Source of the DNA: Euglena gracilis
Taxonomy: Eukaryota
DNA length: 64,000 bases
Assembly: GCA_039621445.1 (NCBI GenBank)
Contig: CP154954.1
Location: 29,645,411-29,709,410 of the forward strand
Direction of reading: 5' to 3'
The notes beneath the pieces were generated by a model that made no database searches, was not told where the DNA came from, and worked only from the letters and a program-made list of their open reading frames with translations. The position numbers and the translations under genes were made by a program. Below are positions 1-11,800 of this stretch, piece by piece (within the stretch, counting starts at the first letter, position 1; each line of letters starts with the position of its first letter).

Positions 1-535
1 TCCGGTATCTCCCAGCCCCGCCCTGTTGGATGCGCGAAGGTTTGGCGGTGTGGTGAGGACAACATGCCATTGTGGCAGCAGTGGCACCCACAGTGCTAAT
101 GCGACCGCGACCGCATGCTGGGAGAGTGAGGCATCGTGCATCGTTTTCTGGGCGTTCGTCACAGACGTGGTTTTTTGCGCCTCCGGGCGGTAAATGCTGC
201 TTTTTTTTGCACGGCGGCCGCGGCGGAAAAGGGGTCACCGCGTCCGCGCCCATTTTGCTGCTTTTTTCGCATGCCTGACGGGGCGGAAAAGGGGTCTCCG
301 TGTCCGCGGTCCTTCACAACAATCAGGTGAAGGCTTTGCAGGCCACCCCCCCCCCCCACCTGTCGTGGGCTCTTTCTCTGCAACGTACCTGCAGGTCAAC
401 CCGGGGGCGATGGCCCAGCGGGTGGCGGACTGCTACGGGCCAGCAGCAGAGCGGTGGGTGCACGACGCCCCCGCCCACATCGTGCCCCAGACGCCCGCCG
501 ACCTCCAGCGCTACATCCAATTCCTGGGCCTGTGA
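1..535 (+). CDS. 3' exons of upstream tandem copy of the GDSL/SGNH esterase-like gene (exons <1-125, 292-326, 395-535)
   Basis: Near-identical to 24296-24829. GT-AG introns 126-291 and 327-394 give ...TACWE/RVSVSAVLHNNQ/VNPGAMAQRVADCYG...IQFLGL*. Confidence 0.7.
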
Positions 536-740
536 CGCCCGCCGCGACGTGCTCAACCTCTCAATTGTGCTCTCAACTGCATTGAGTGCAGGTGCACAAA
601 CGTCCATTTTTCTGGTGTACATTACGCCTATTTGGCCCCCTCGCACAGCACTTTTCTTCTTCTTTCCACACTCTTTTTCTGCTGTCTGTTTGCTTTTATA
701 ATTTCCTGGAATTTTTTTCAGTCCTCACCTGGATGTGGAA

Positions 741-1016
741 CAGGGTTTTTTTTTTTTTAGGCTTGGACCCTCTCCCCTGGGGGGGGGGGGGGGGTGGGTG
801 GGTTCCTTGGACCCCCCTCCGCGGGGGGGTTGGGGCTGGTGGGTATATCTTTTTTGGCGCCGAAAATTTTGAAAACGGTGCTATTTTTAGCATTTTCGAG
901 CAAAAGTGGGTGGTCCCCCAGGATCCCCCCCCCTGGGGGGCCCCACCTCTGGGGGTGGGTGGGTGGGTGCCGACCCCCCTTCCCTCCTCCCCCCCCGGGC
1001 GAAAAAAAAAACCCTG
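741..1016. mobile_element. hAT-like MITE (copy A of 25034-25308)
   Basis: CAGGGTTTTT...AAAAACCCTG termini; flanks ATGTGGAA / CCGTGGAA (6/8). Confidence 0.75.
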
Positions 1017-2724
1017 CCGTGGAAGCCCTGAGTAGGCTTCTGCTTAAGAAATATTGGTGCCTCCAGGGGGAACTGCAGCTGGCCCAAAGTCAGGGATCTG
1101 TTAGGCGCTGGGGAGAAGTTCTTGACCCCCAACCCAAAATGCCCTAAATGCCCATTTTTGGCTTTTTGGGGGGGGGAGCAACCAACAAAAATCTTTAAAC
1201 GTTTCAGCCCCCCCCCCCCCAACGCAAGGTATTAAAAAAAAGTGGGTATTGACTAGTTTTTGGCTCCAAACCCCCCCACCCAGTGGGCGGTCGGCCAGGA
1301 TTGGCTGAAAGTGACCACCTGGCACCAAAAGGCCAATTTTGGGGGGATTTTCCACCAAAATTCTTTGATTTTTGGCCATTTTTGTCCGACTGGCCAAAGT
1401 GACCAACCTCTCCCCCCCCGCCGGGGGAAGTGGGTGACTGGTTTTCGAAAAGTGACTGACAGGTTTTTGAAAGTGGAAAGTAACCCCCCAGGGGAGGTTG
1501 GTAAGCAGTGGTATGGTTCCGACCTGGGGGGGGGGAGACCCTCCCTCCTCCTCCCCGTTCACTCAATACCCTGCCTCCAAGAGGGAGTTTCTAGCTGGTG
1601 GACTGCCTTCAGCTCAGTCCAGTGGACCCCAGGGGCCTTGGGCAAAGGCCTGGCCCTGAGTAAACCCTTTAGAAGGAGCCGAGACAAGGATTTCAAGTAA
1701 GTTTGAAGGAAGACATCAGCAAGCGTGCATGCACATGGAGCTGCACACATCACCACCAATGGCGAAAGAGGGTTTCACAAAAGAAAGTGCACGGAACCGT
1801 CCCAACAATAAAACAGCAGAACCATTTTGAGTTCAGGAATTTGTGAAAATGAATCATGAAGACCCGATCTCACAACTGAAAGAGAGAATCTTGCGAAGCA
1901 AGGCTTTGGTGCATTGGTGCGAGAGTATATCTGAAGGCAGGGCTGACCCCCCTGGGGCTCCCTGCCTGTCAGGCATAACTGTTTTTGAAGGCGAAAAATT
2001 TCAAAAATTTAGGTTTTAAGGGTTTTTTCGGGCATGGTTGGTTTGCTAAGTTGCCTGCTTGTATTAATGTAAGGGTGCCAAAGCAAAACGACAAATATCA
2101 ATAAATGCTTTTGTTTTCTCCTCTTTGAGCTAGAATTGCACAAACAGGTCACCAATTTTGACCAAACCGGGGGGAGGGTGCTTCAGACACCAAATAGGCC
2201 CAAATTAAAGCCAAAATGGGGTTTGCAACCCAGCTTAAACCCCCAAGACCACTCCCCATGCTAACTCAACTCCTACAACCAACCCAAATCCCAACAGCAA
2301 TCGTGGGAAGGGTTCAGGCTGCTGGGACTCCTATGGGTATGACTGGGGGGGGGCACAGGCACTAATGTGAAGCTGTCATTGTTAGGTAATTATTCACATT
2401 TCTTCTCATTTTCTTTTCATTTTATTTCAAATGACATTGTACCTACATGTATTGTATTGTATGCATCTTGAGAATTTTTATGAAGTAATAAGGTGTCTAT
2501 TTTCCAAGGGCAGTCAAAGAGCTGGTTCTTTTTTGCTCGATATTCGAAAAATTTTCCGGGGCGTATTTTTTGCGGATTTTTCAGGGTTTTTTTCAGGTTT
2601 TCAAGGCGCCTTGAAAAAATAATGCCTGCTGCCTGTTGGGAGCAAATTCTGGATGACCCCCAACTCGGAGGGGCACAACCTTCGGCTCAGTGCGGCCCCA
2701 TTGGGAAGGAGGGGGCTCTTCCCC

Positions 2725-2740
2725 GCGGTGTTCCCCCCAG
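2725..2740 (+). promoter_or_regulatory. Putative spliced-leader trans-splice acceptor (ttccccccAG) 8 nt before the ATG
   Basis: Pyrimidine tract plus AG just upstream of the start codon. Euglenozoan mRNAs are SL trans-spliced. Inference only. Confidence 0.35.
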
Positions 2741-2748
2741 GGCCCCCC

Positions 2749-2830
2749 ATGGGCCGCTGCGGCGTCGCAGCGCTCCTGGCGGCCCTCCTTTCGGTGCTCT
2801 TCTGCCCCGGGGCCTCGGGGGCAGCCGTCT
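2749..2830 (+). CDS. GDSL exon 1, signal peptide MGRCGVAALLAALLSVLFCPGASGAAV
   Basis: ATG 2749, basic N-terminus, hydrophobic core and A-S-G-A cleavage region. The 3' boundary is inferred (T|GC gives Cys in frame with 3374). Confidence 0.65.
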
Positions 2831-5800
2831 GTTTCAGGAAGGCACGCCCCCCCAAGGCTTGACTTGGGTGGCATGAGAAGGGAGGGGGACAGGCAGGGTT
2901 GATCCCCCTTTCAAGGAGGGCCAGCTTTTCGGGCTTTGGAGGTTATTGTGGTGCAGTGTACCCCTGGCTCCCTGCACCCACCAACGGTTAGATTGCCAAA
3001 CTAAATTTTGCTTTCCGTTTTTACCGCCCGTAGATCGCGTTGGTATGGGTGGTGCACACAGACACGCTTTTCCCCGCCACAGTTATCGGCCCGATCAGTT
3101 TCCTGGATTTAACTAAAGAAGCAGCCCCCTTTTCAGTCCCTTTGATATCGGTGTCATTTTTCACCCCGGTTTTCACATTGTTTTTCCACTCTGTGGTGGC
3201 GCAGGGTGCTTGAGAAGGTCCATTCTCATGGGAAATATGGTGTGTGGCTCTGGCCAGCCATGACCAACCATGGTGTGTGGCTCTGGCCAGCCATGACCAA
3301 CCCCGAAACCATCCCCGAAGGCAGGCACCCCGTAATGCGAGGGTGACACTCCCCAGCTGGGAAACAGAAGCCTGCTCGGGGGTGGGCGACGACTGCCTGG
3401 CGACCCGGCGGGTGGTGGTGTTTGGGGACTCGCTGAGCAGTATCGACGCGGGGCGGGTGTATTCGGTGGCCCGGAAGAGCAATGGCAAGTTGTGGGCCAG
3501 GGAGACCCGGGGGTGGGTGGAGGACGTCCTTGTGGGTCTGCCAGCGGCCTGGGGACATGAATGTGTGCACGTTTCTGCTCTTCCGCAACGTATGTTCCCA
3601 AAGGTTTGGATGGTGGTAATGTCGTGCTCACACCGTAAGAGCCAGGGCTGCCTGGTTGCCGGAGTTTTTTCTACGAATGACCACAACACGCTGAAGACAT
3701 CTGACTAAAAGTGGAAAATCTGATATTCCGCATCATTTTCTTTTCCCCCCTCGGAATAGCACTGGAAAGTTTGGTTCCTATGCCCCAAGCCTGAGAAGAT
3801 TTTTCTGGCAACCTCTGCCAATGGTGGTCTGTTGACTCCAGCTGGTTTACATTTTCCCGGGTGTCGTCCAAACTTCCTTTTTGAGAAAGAACAATGATCG
3901 GTCAAAAAAAAGAAAAAGAGGCATTCCCTCCAACCTTGACCCTTGTTTGTTTGTGGTAATTTTAAAGAGCAAACAAATAAAATCAATGAAATCAATAAAA
4001 TAAAATAAATAAAACACGCTTGAGTTCTGCATCCAGCTCAGGGGTGTGAGACACTTTTTTGGGGAGGGTTGGGTCAGCCCCGCACCGCTGGGGCGTCGGG
4101 GCTCCCTGCCACCGGTGGAGTACGCCGACCTGCCCATGCTGACGGACCTCGCCCTGGCCGGGGCCACCGCCACCGTGCAGTGCGCAGGGTGGGTCTTCAG
4201 GTTTTTATTATTATTGATGGCCGCCCTTGCGGACCACCCTTGAGGACCGCCCTCGAAAGCCGGCCAACAGCTGGTGTGGGGCCCGAACGGGGTCGAAAAC
4301 GAAAAGAAAAAGTGAAAAAAAATTTTCTTTTGGATGGGCGATGGCACGAAGATGCGATAAACCAACCCTGTTGTCGACCTGCTTTCGCCGAGGAAAGGTC
4401 GATTTCCCCGCCGCTTTGGAATGTGCTGAAACAGGGGTTTCCCTCGCCAAGGATCACCCTGGCCGCACGCCTCCGCCGCCATCTCCGCCACGGCGCCGCT
4501 CAGGCACAGCCCTTGGGCTGGGACCGACCCCCTCCCCCTCCCTCCGCCGACCCGTTGGCTGCGGCTTCAGCGGATCATGCCAGGCCCTCCTGCCCGAGAA
4601 CACGGCCGTGTCCCTGTCAGCTGCTTCACCACCGCTCTTTTTTTCCTGGTGCCGGGTCAGTACTGCCCAGCTCTGGGTGAGGTGTCTGCTGGGCCCCCCC
4701 TCCCCGCGATGTGCCGTCAGCCGCGCCGTCCCCAACCCCCGCCGAGCCCTCTCCGGCCAGCTGCAGCAGTACCTGTCTGCCAGCCCCCCGGACTTGAACT
4801 CCAGTCACCCCGCCTCTTTCACCGCCTGCCCGGACAGCTGGGGCTGTAACCCTGGCACCTCGAGGCGGGGGGGGGGGGGGGGGGAAAAAGTTGGTTTCGG
4901 GCCCCCGGGCCCCCGCCGGGGTATTTGGGGTGATGATTGCAATTCCTCTCTTCCCATTGGGCATCCCACTTCTGGTATTGTGCGCCGGTCTGCCCACAGG
5001 TGTGTAACTTGGACCGCCATGGGTTGGATTTGGGCATTTGGTGCCGTGCCACCCAACCACCCAGCCGACCGGTCAGGTCGCAGTCCTGGGGGGGAGGGTC
5101 AGATTAATACGATGAGGCTATGCTCAAGAATTTTCAAGGGCTAGGGAAATTCTAAGTTGATCGTATAAGCTCCCCTCCCCCCGGTTTCACTAAGGTGACA
5201 AAAATTGCGGTGGGGTTTTATTGGACAGCGGTCTCCAAAAAAGGCCGCATTCCACTCATGGCTGCGAACAGGGGTGTTTGTTGGAACAACCAGGGTGTTT
5301 GTTGGGCGCGGGGTGTACGCACTCATTCAATTAGAAGTTCCCCACAACCTCACGGAGGAACAGCCTTGCATTGCATGCGAAATGACATCTTTTACGTCAG
5401 TCCATTCATCCCATGGCCTTCAGAATTCCATCCTGGTCACACTCCAGTCGCTGTCAGTAATGTGCAATCCAAAGACGAGGAACGTTGACGACCTTGCACC
5501 TTCCCGACCCTGTCTGGTCCAGGGGTCAACCCTTATGAGGTCAAAGTTGGGCAGGATTTTTTGGGCCACAATTTTCGCCAAAACAGTGTCCCAAAAGCAC
5601 ATGTCGGTCAATTTTGGATTTGGCGGGGGTCAGGCTTGTTCACTTGGCCCTGCAACCTTTCAGGAAAGGGTTTCCTCCCCACTAAACTGAGGGGGTGAGT
5701 CCAGCGAAAGGCGTGGGTGCGGCCAGCTGCTTCGTCGTCTTCATCGGGCAGAACGACATCAGCTACACCGCGGGGCAGCTGCTCAAGAGCAACTCCGACG

Positions 5801-8800
5801 CAGCCGTCATCATCGTGAACATCCTCACGGACATCGTGGGGGCGGTGGCCCGGCTGGCGGCGCGGGGGTGTGCGCCGCCCCAACACGCAAAAGGCCCACC
5901 GCGCCGTGCGAGATGGGCCGCCACCCAACTTCACTGGTTGCCCATCTCGCACTTAAGCTTTTTTTGGTCGATGTGCGCATTTTCGCACATCGACCAAATT
6001 TTGATTTGGGCGCCGGCATAACAAGGGGCGAGAACGAGAGGGAGCAAGATTGGACAAAATACGGGCGATTTCTCATTTTTGGGCACCGGCTCTCCGGGGA
6101 ATTGCATATTTTTTTTGCCGTTTTTTTTTTGAAGTCGGAATTGCGCGAAGACCCCCGGACCTATCCCCCCAAAGTGAAGAAACACCGACGAAAACACCAA
6201 AACCCCGGTACTGCAACCCCCCATTTTGTGCGATGCGGCTCTGCTCGCCGGTTGTTGGTGGCCCTGGCTGGCTCTCTCTGGGGGTTTTGGCGCACTGTTT
6301 TGTTTTTGCAAGCCTCGGTCTTGTGTTCTTGGATGTTTGCCGGAGGGCGGGGAACAAGGATGGGGGGGTTAGGGTGGGTCTAATCGCGTCACTGGACAGG
6401 GACACAGAAAGGAAGGTGTGCCTGGGGAAGGTTGCCTGGGGATTTTGCAGGTGAAGGGAAAGTGGTTTTAAGGGGAGGGAAGGGTCGCACGTCCTCACCG
6501 AACTTACAGTGGGGATATGTCCCGCCAAATTGTGTCGTGATGAAACGGGAGAGGGTATCACACAAATTTCAATGGAGTGATATATTACAGCCATATTTAG
6601 AAAAGGAATAATGTCGATGTGCGCAATTTCGCACATCGACCATTCAATGGTTCCCCTGAAGAACGACCATAAACACCACAGAATTCGTTTTGCTGAATGC
6701 GGTGCGACAAATACCAATGAGTTTGGGACAGAAGATGGGGTCGCTTTGTGCAAATGCGCACACCGTCAATGTGTGCGCATTTGCGCAAACCGACCCCATG
6801 TGTATTTGTGAAAGGGATGCGAACAAGTATCATGGCACATAAACAGGCCTCGCTGCCTTGAGTCTTTTGACACAACAATAGCTGGAAGGGCCTACGACGA
6901 TTGCTCTGAAAACAGACAGAAATGCAATGAAAAAACATATGTACCAAGTACCAGGTCGGAATGAAAAAAGTGGTCGGTTTGCGCAAATGCGCACATGGTC
7001 GGCGTGACACATTTTCACAAACCGACCACGGGCATAAAGATGGACGTCGTCGGAGTGCAAAATGGTGACACCACGATGTGCACACCGACCACGATAGCAA
7101 AATTTCGGACAACACATCAAACACGACCCCAGACATCACCAGCAGTGGCTGCTTCGGTGTGCAATTTCAGCTGCCACACACCTCCACCACGAGCTTTTTT
7201 CAGGGCCGATTCTTGCCCAGTGACAGGTCCAGGTCCATTTGGAGACTGCAGACCTCTAGTAGATGGTCCGCCGCTGGCACGTCGTGGCACACGTGTAACG
7301 GCGCCGCTTGGGCAAGGGGTGGCCCTCGAAAACCCCCACCACTTGCCCCATGGCTTGTGTTTTGCTGCAAAAGTCACATCAGGTGATGATAGGTGGTTGC
7401 ATTTAAGCATCCACAAGGCTGTCATTAACCCCCCTGGTTCATCCCCCACAACCGGGACGGGGGGCGGGCATGCTGCGGGTCGATGGAAACAATAGTAAAT
7501 GGGAGCGTCTTAAATGTGGCCACAAAGCTCACTGTTTTGGAGGGAGAGAATATTTAATGTTTACACCTGGTTGAGTTGCGTGAAAGTATTGGGCCTCGGC
7601 ACCCTGATGTTGTGTACAAAAACTGGTGTGCTGCATGTTTTCTGAGGGAAAAACGAGGCATCCGTGTGGTAAGAATGGAAAAACAATTCCCGGCCGAGGC
7701 ATCAGGAAGATTACACATGCGTAATTTTGCAATTTTGGAAGTCGTTATTTTTGATGAAAGTGTCCAGCAATCACGGGGGGTTGCGCGCCATCAATTCCTC
7801 CTGCGCAACTTCCAAACTGATGACGTGAAAACGATTGGTTGTGCGGGTTGGAAATAAGACATTGAAACCTGCCTATGGAGCAGACAAACTTTTTCCTGTC
7901 ATAGAGCGTGTTCTTTACATTTCGCTTTACCAAAAACCAGATTTCGTCACCACACTTCAAAAGTTTGTCGTCCACAATGGTCGGTATGTGCAAACGTGCA
8001 CATCAACTGTTAAGGACGAAGAGCACACCATAATACGGAGGTAAAACAAAGGTAACCCCCCCAAATATAAAGCCCCCCCAGGGGGTTTGGTTTTGCCGCC
8101 TAAATGTAAAGCCCCCCCTGACGTGGAGCCAGACGCTGGTGTCATTCAAGAAAAAGTTTGAATTTTTGGGTGGATACAATATTTTCCTCTCCAGAGATGC
8201 TGCATTTGGGATAAGAATTGCACATTTCTGCGAAAAATTGGAGGTACACAACGAAAATATGGCATAAAATTGGTATTTGGCCACAATCGAAGGCCGTTGA
8301 AGGTCATAGAGGCCACCCAAAAAAGTTTGATTCCCCCCCAAATATAAAGCCCCCCCAAATATGAAGCCCTCCCTGAGGGTATTGAAATCCTGTCCAAATG
8401 TAAAGCCCCCCCCCCCCGGCTTTATATTTGGTGGGGGGTTTATATTTATTAGCCACCGTTCTTTGTCGCACATTGCAAACAGCACCCCTTCAAAACCCTT
8501 GCCCGAACCTTTTCTTCCAGAGCCAAGAAAAGGCAGGTGTTGTGTTTCATGTGGCAATATAAAAAATGTGGAGGATATTTCACAAATTCCAGCCCCGGAT
8601 CCCCCCTCCCCCCCTATCCCCCCCAGAGGGGTCCAGCCAGCAGCTCATTTCCAGCCAGCAGCCTTTTTGCCAGCTGGACCCCCCCCCCGGGGGTCCTTAA
8701 GAAAACCCCTGTGGGGTCACTATTCGGAACGTTGGTCGAAAACCGGGGGGACTTCTATTCGGGGGGTGGGGGGCACTATTCGGGGGGGGGGGGCTTCTAT

Positions 8801-11800
8801 TCAGGGGGGTTTATGGCGGGTTGCACTGCAGCCATTCCAAGATCCGCAAGCTGGGGGGGACGCCAGAAGCAACTATTCAACAATCAACAGGAGCAAAAAA
8901 AGAAGGTTAGCTACTAGCGCCAACGGCCGCAAATGCATTCTGCACAAAGCCATTTGCAAACAACCACATGTGCATCTGTTGCACCCTTCGCAATGGATGC
9001 CAAACCACAACGTTTCCTAAAAAGTTGGAGCAAATCACCACCCATCAAGCAGCTGGGCATGGTGATGGGTTGAAATCATCTGTCTTGTCTGAAGATTTAT
9101 CGAATGAGCTGTTTCCACATATTTCTTTCTGCAATTTCTGAGCCCTCCCCCCAATGGTATCTCTCATCTTTTGCCATCGTGTGGGCTGTTCTGGGCTGTT
9201 CTGTGACGTGCTGTGGTGTACGTTATGTGTTATGTGCCCCTCTGCCAGGCTTCTGCTTAAGGGTTTGCGGTGCCCCCTGGTGGGGGGCTCGACCCACAAG
9301 TCCAAATTTGGCTGGTGGAAATCCCAGTGGATCCCGAGTCATGGCACAAAGTGGGGCCCCCCCATACCCCCCCCCCCATACCCCATACCCCCCCCCCCAT
9401 ACCCCCCATACCCCCCCATACCCCACACCCATACTCCCCCCAAACCCCCCCATACCCCCCCATATCCCCCCATACCCCCCCATCCCCCAAAATTTTTTTT
9501 TTGCCCGGAAGCGTTTTTTTTTTGGCCTCCTGGACCCTTTTGTGGTCAAATCACGCGACGTATGCAACTGTTCGAGTGCCCGGGGGGGGGGGGGGGGGCT
9601 CCCGCCCCCCCCCCCCCCCCGGACCCCCCCCGGCAAAAAAAAATAACCTCATCCTTGTCTACCGATCTGTTTTGTGGTCAAATCGGTGCCCGGGGGGGGG
9701 GGGCTCCCGCCCCCCCCCGGACCCCCCCCGAAAAAAAACTCACCTCATGGTTGTCTACCGATCTGTTTTTGTGGCCAAATCGCGCTTTGTGGTCAAATCG
9801 CGCGATGTATGCAACTGTTCTAGTGCCGGGGGGGGGGGCTCCCGCCCCCCCGGACCCCCCCCCCCGGCAAAAAAAAATAACCTCATCCTTGTCTACCGAT
9901 CTTTTTTTGTGGCCAAATCGCGCTTTGTGGTCAAATCGCGCGATGTATGCAACTGTTCGAGTGCCCGGGGGGCGCTTCCGACCCCCCCCCCGGACCACCC
10001 CGGCAAAAAAAATAACCTCATCCTAGTCTACCGATCATTTTTTGTGGCCAAATCGCGGTTTGTGGTCAAATCGCGCGACTTGTGCAACTGTTCCAGCGGC
10101 CATAAACCTCATCAACAACACCTCCAAACCCTTCCCCCATACCCCCCCATACCCCCATACCCCCCCCATACCCCCCCATACCCCCCCATACCCCCCCATA
10201 CCAGGGTGTGACGTAGAGCTGAGCTCTTTGGGAGACCACCCCGGCGGCCCGGCCGGCGGCCCGGCGGCCCGGCGGCCCGGCCCGGCAGCCCGGCACGGCC
10301 GGCGGCCCGACGGCCCGGAGGCCCGGCCCGGCCGGCGGCCCGGCGGCCCGGTCCGGCCCAGGAAAAAACGGTCATTTTCGGTTCAAAAACAGGTTTTTCG
10401 GGTCTGGGAGGCCAGGCCTAAAGACATCGTTTTTGGCAAATAAAAAAATAATAAAAAATTTTCGATTTTTTCGACTTTTTTGGCCCAGTTTGATTCAAAG
10501 TCAATGGGTGGGCGGCCCAAAACGGCGCGCTGGCGGGTCGAAAAACGCTCATTTTCGGCTCAAAAACAGGTTTTACGGGTCCTGGAGGCCCAAAAACATT
10601 GTTCTGGGCCAAAAAAAAATTTCGATTTTTTCGACTTTTTTGACCCAGTTTTGACCTAAAGTCAATGGGTTGGCGGCCCAAAACGGGGCGCTGGCGGGTG
10701 GAAAAACGCTCATTTTTGGCTCGAAAACACTTTTTTCGGGTCCGGGAGGTCAAAAATCATGGTTTTAAGCAAAAAAAAAATTTCAATTTTTTTCGACTTT
10801 TTGACCCAAAAATGGCTAAGTCCACCGGCCAGGGGCGGGCCCCAGCCAGAGGGGGGCAGAGGGGGGGGGGTCCGGGTCGGAAAATTTTTTTTCACTCAAA
10901 AACACTTTTTTTGATGTTCTGAAGTGAAAAAAGGTGTTTTTGAGCGAAAAAAAATTTTTCAAAATTTTGGGTCCCGACCTGCCACCCGACCCCCCCTCGC
11001 CCAGCCGCCTTCGGACCCCTGCAGGGGCCCCCAAACATCCAAAACTGGCCCAAAGTCGCGCAGCCAGACCCCGGGAACCCCAAAAAACGGTCAAAACCCC
11101 CCCTTAAACCTAATGATTGACCCCCTGGTTTGGGTCCCAACTCCCCGTCTAGCCCGAGATACGGCCAATTTACGGTTTCGGGCCCCGAATGGGCCCGAAA
11201 TGGCCAAAACTGGCCAAACTGGCCCAAAACCCCAAAACGGCCGTATCTCGGGCTAGGCGAGGAGTTGGCCCATACCGCGCATACCGATCGATCGGGCGTC
11301 CCAAAGTTGTGGAATGACGTCCTCTTTAATTTTTCTCAACTCCGCAGCGTTTTCGAGATATTTCGAATTTTTCGATTTTTTGACCCCAAAATGACCCTGC
11401 AATTTCCCGGAAAAAAAACGGTAGACAACTTTTTTGCTCGGCCTAAATCTCCAGACTGGCGGGGAGTTGCGGGTAACCCAAGGGCTCTGGAGAAACTAGG
11501 GACCCTCTCCTAACCTATAGGCTATTCACTTTGGGGGCCCGGAAATCCAATCACATCGATAATCCTCGGGTGGCCGGACCTACTCAGGGAGGGGGGGGGC
11601 GGGGGGCGGGGGGGGCGGGTGGGGTCAGGGGGGGGGTTTCGGGGGGGTGGTAAGCTTCGCTCTTACTCTAAAGAGATAAGAGCTCAGCGACCAGGGTGTG
11701 ACGTAGAGCTGAGCTCTTTGGGAGACCACCGCAGCCCGGCCCGGCGCCCGGCGCGGCCCGGCCCGGCCGGCGGCCCGGCGGCACGGCGGCCCGGCAGCCC

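Larger units (their letters stand above)
1..2049. repeat. Segmental duplication, copy A (matches 24296-26339)
   Basis: Near-identical up to ...gtttgctaa, then abrupt divergence. Confidence 0.95.

Noticed and set aside
1225-1573. CAAGGTATT...AATACCCTG element as a further 8-bp-TSD MITE
   Set aside because: Probably a repeat (shares GTGACTGAC motifs with 56750-57060), but the flanks CCCCAACG/CCTCCAAG are not a convincing TSD, so it was excluded from the counts.
11650-11691. Hammerhead ribozyme in the 3' hairpin motif
   Set aside because: No CTGANGA/GAAA core on either strand.
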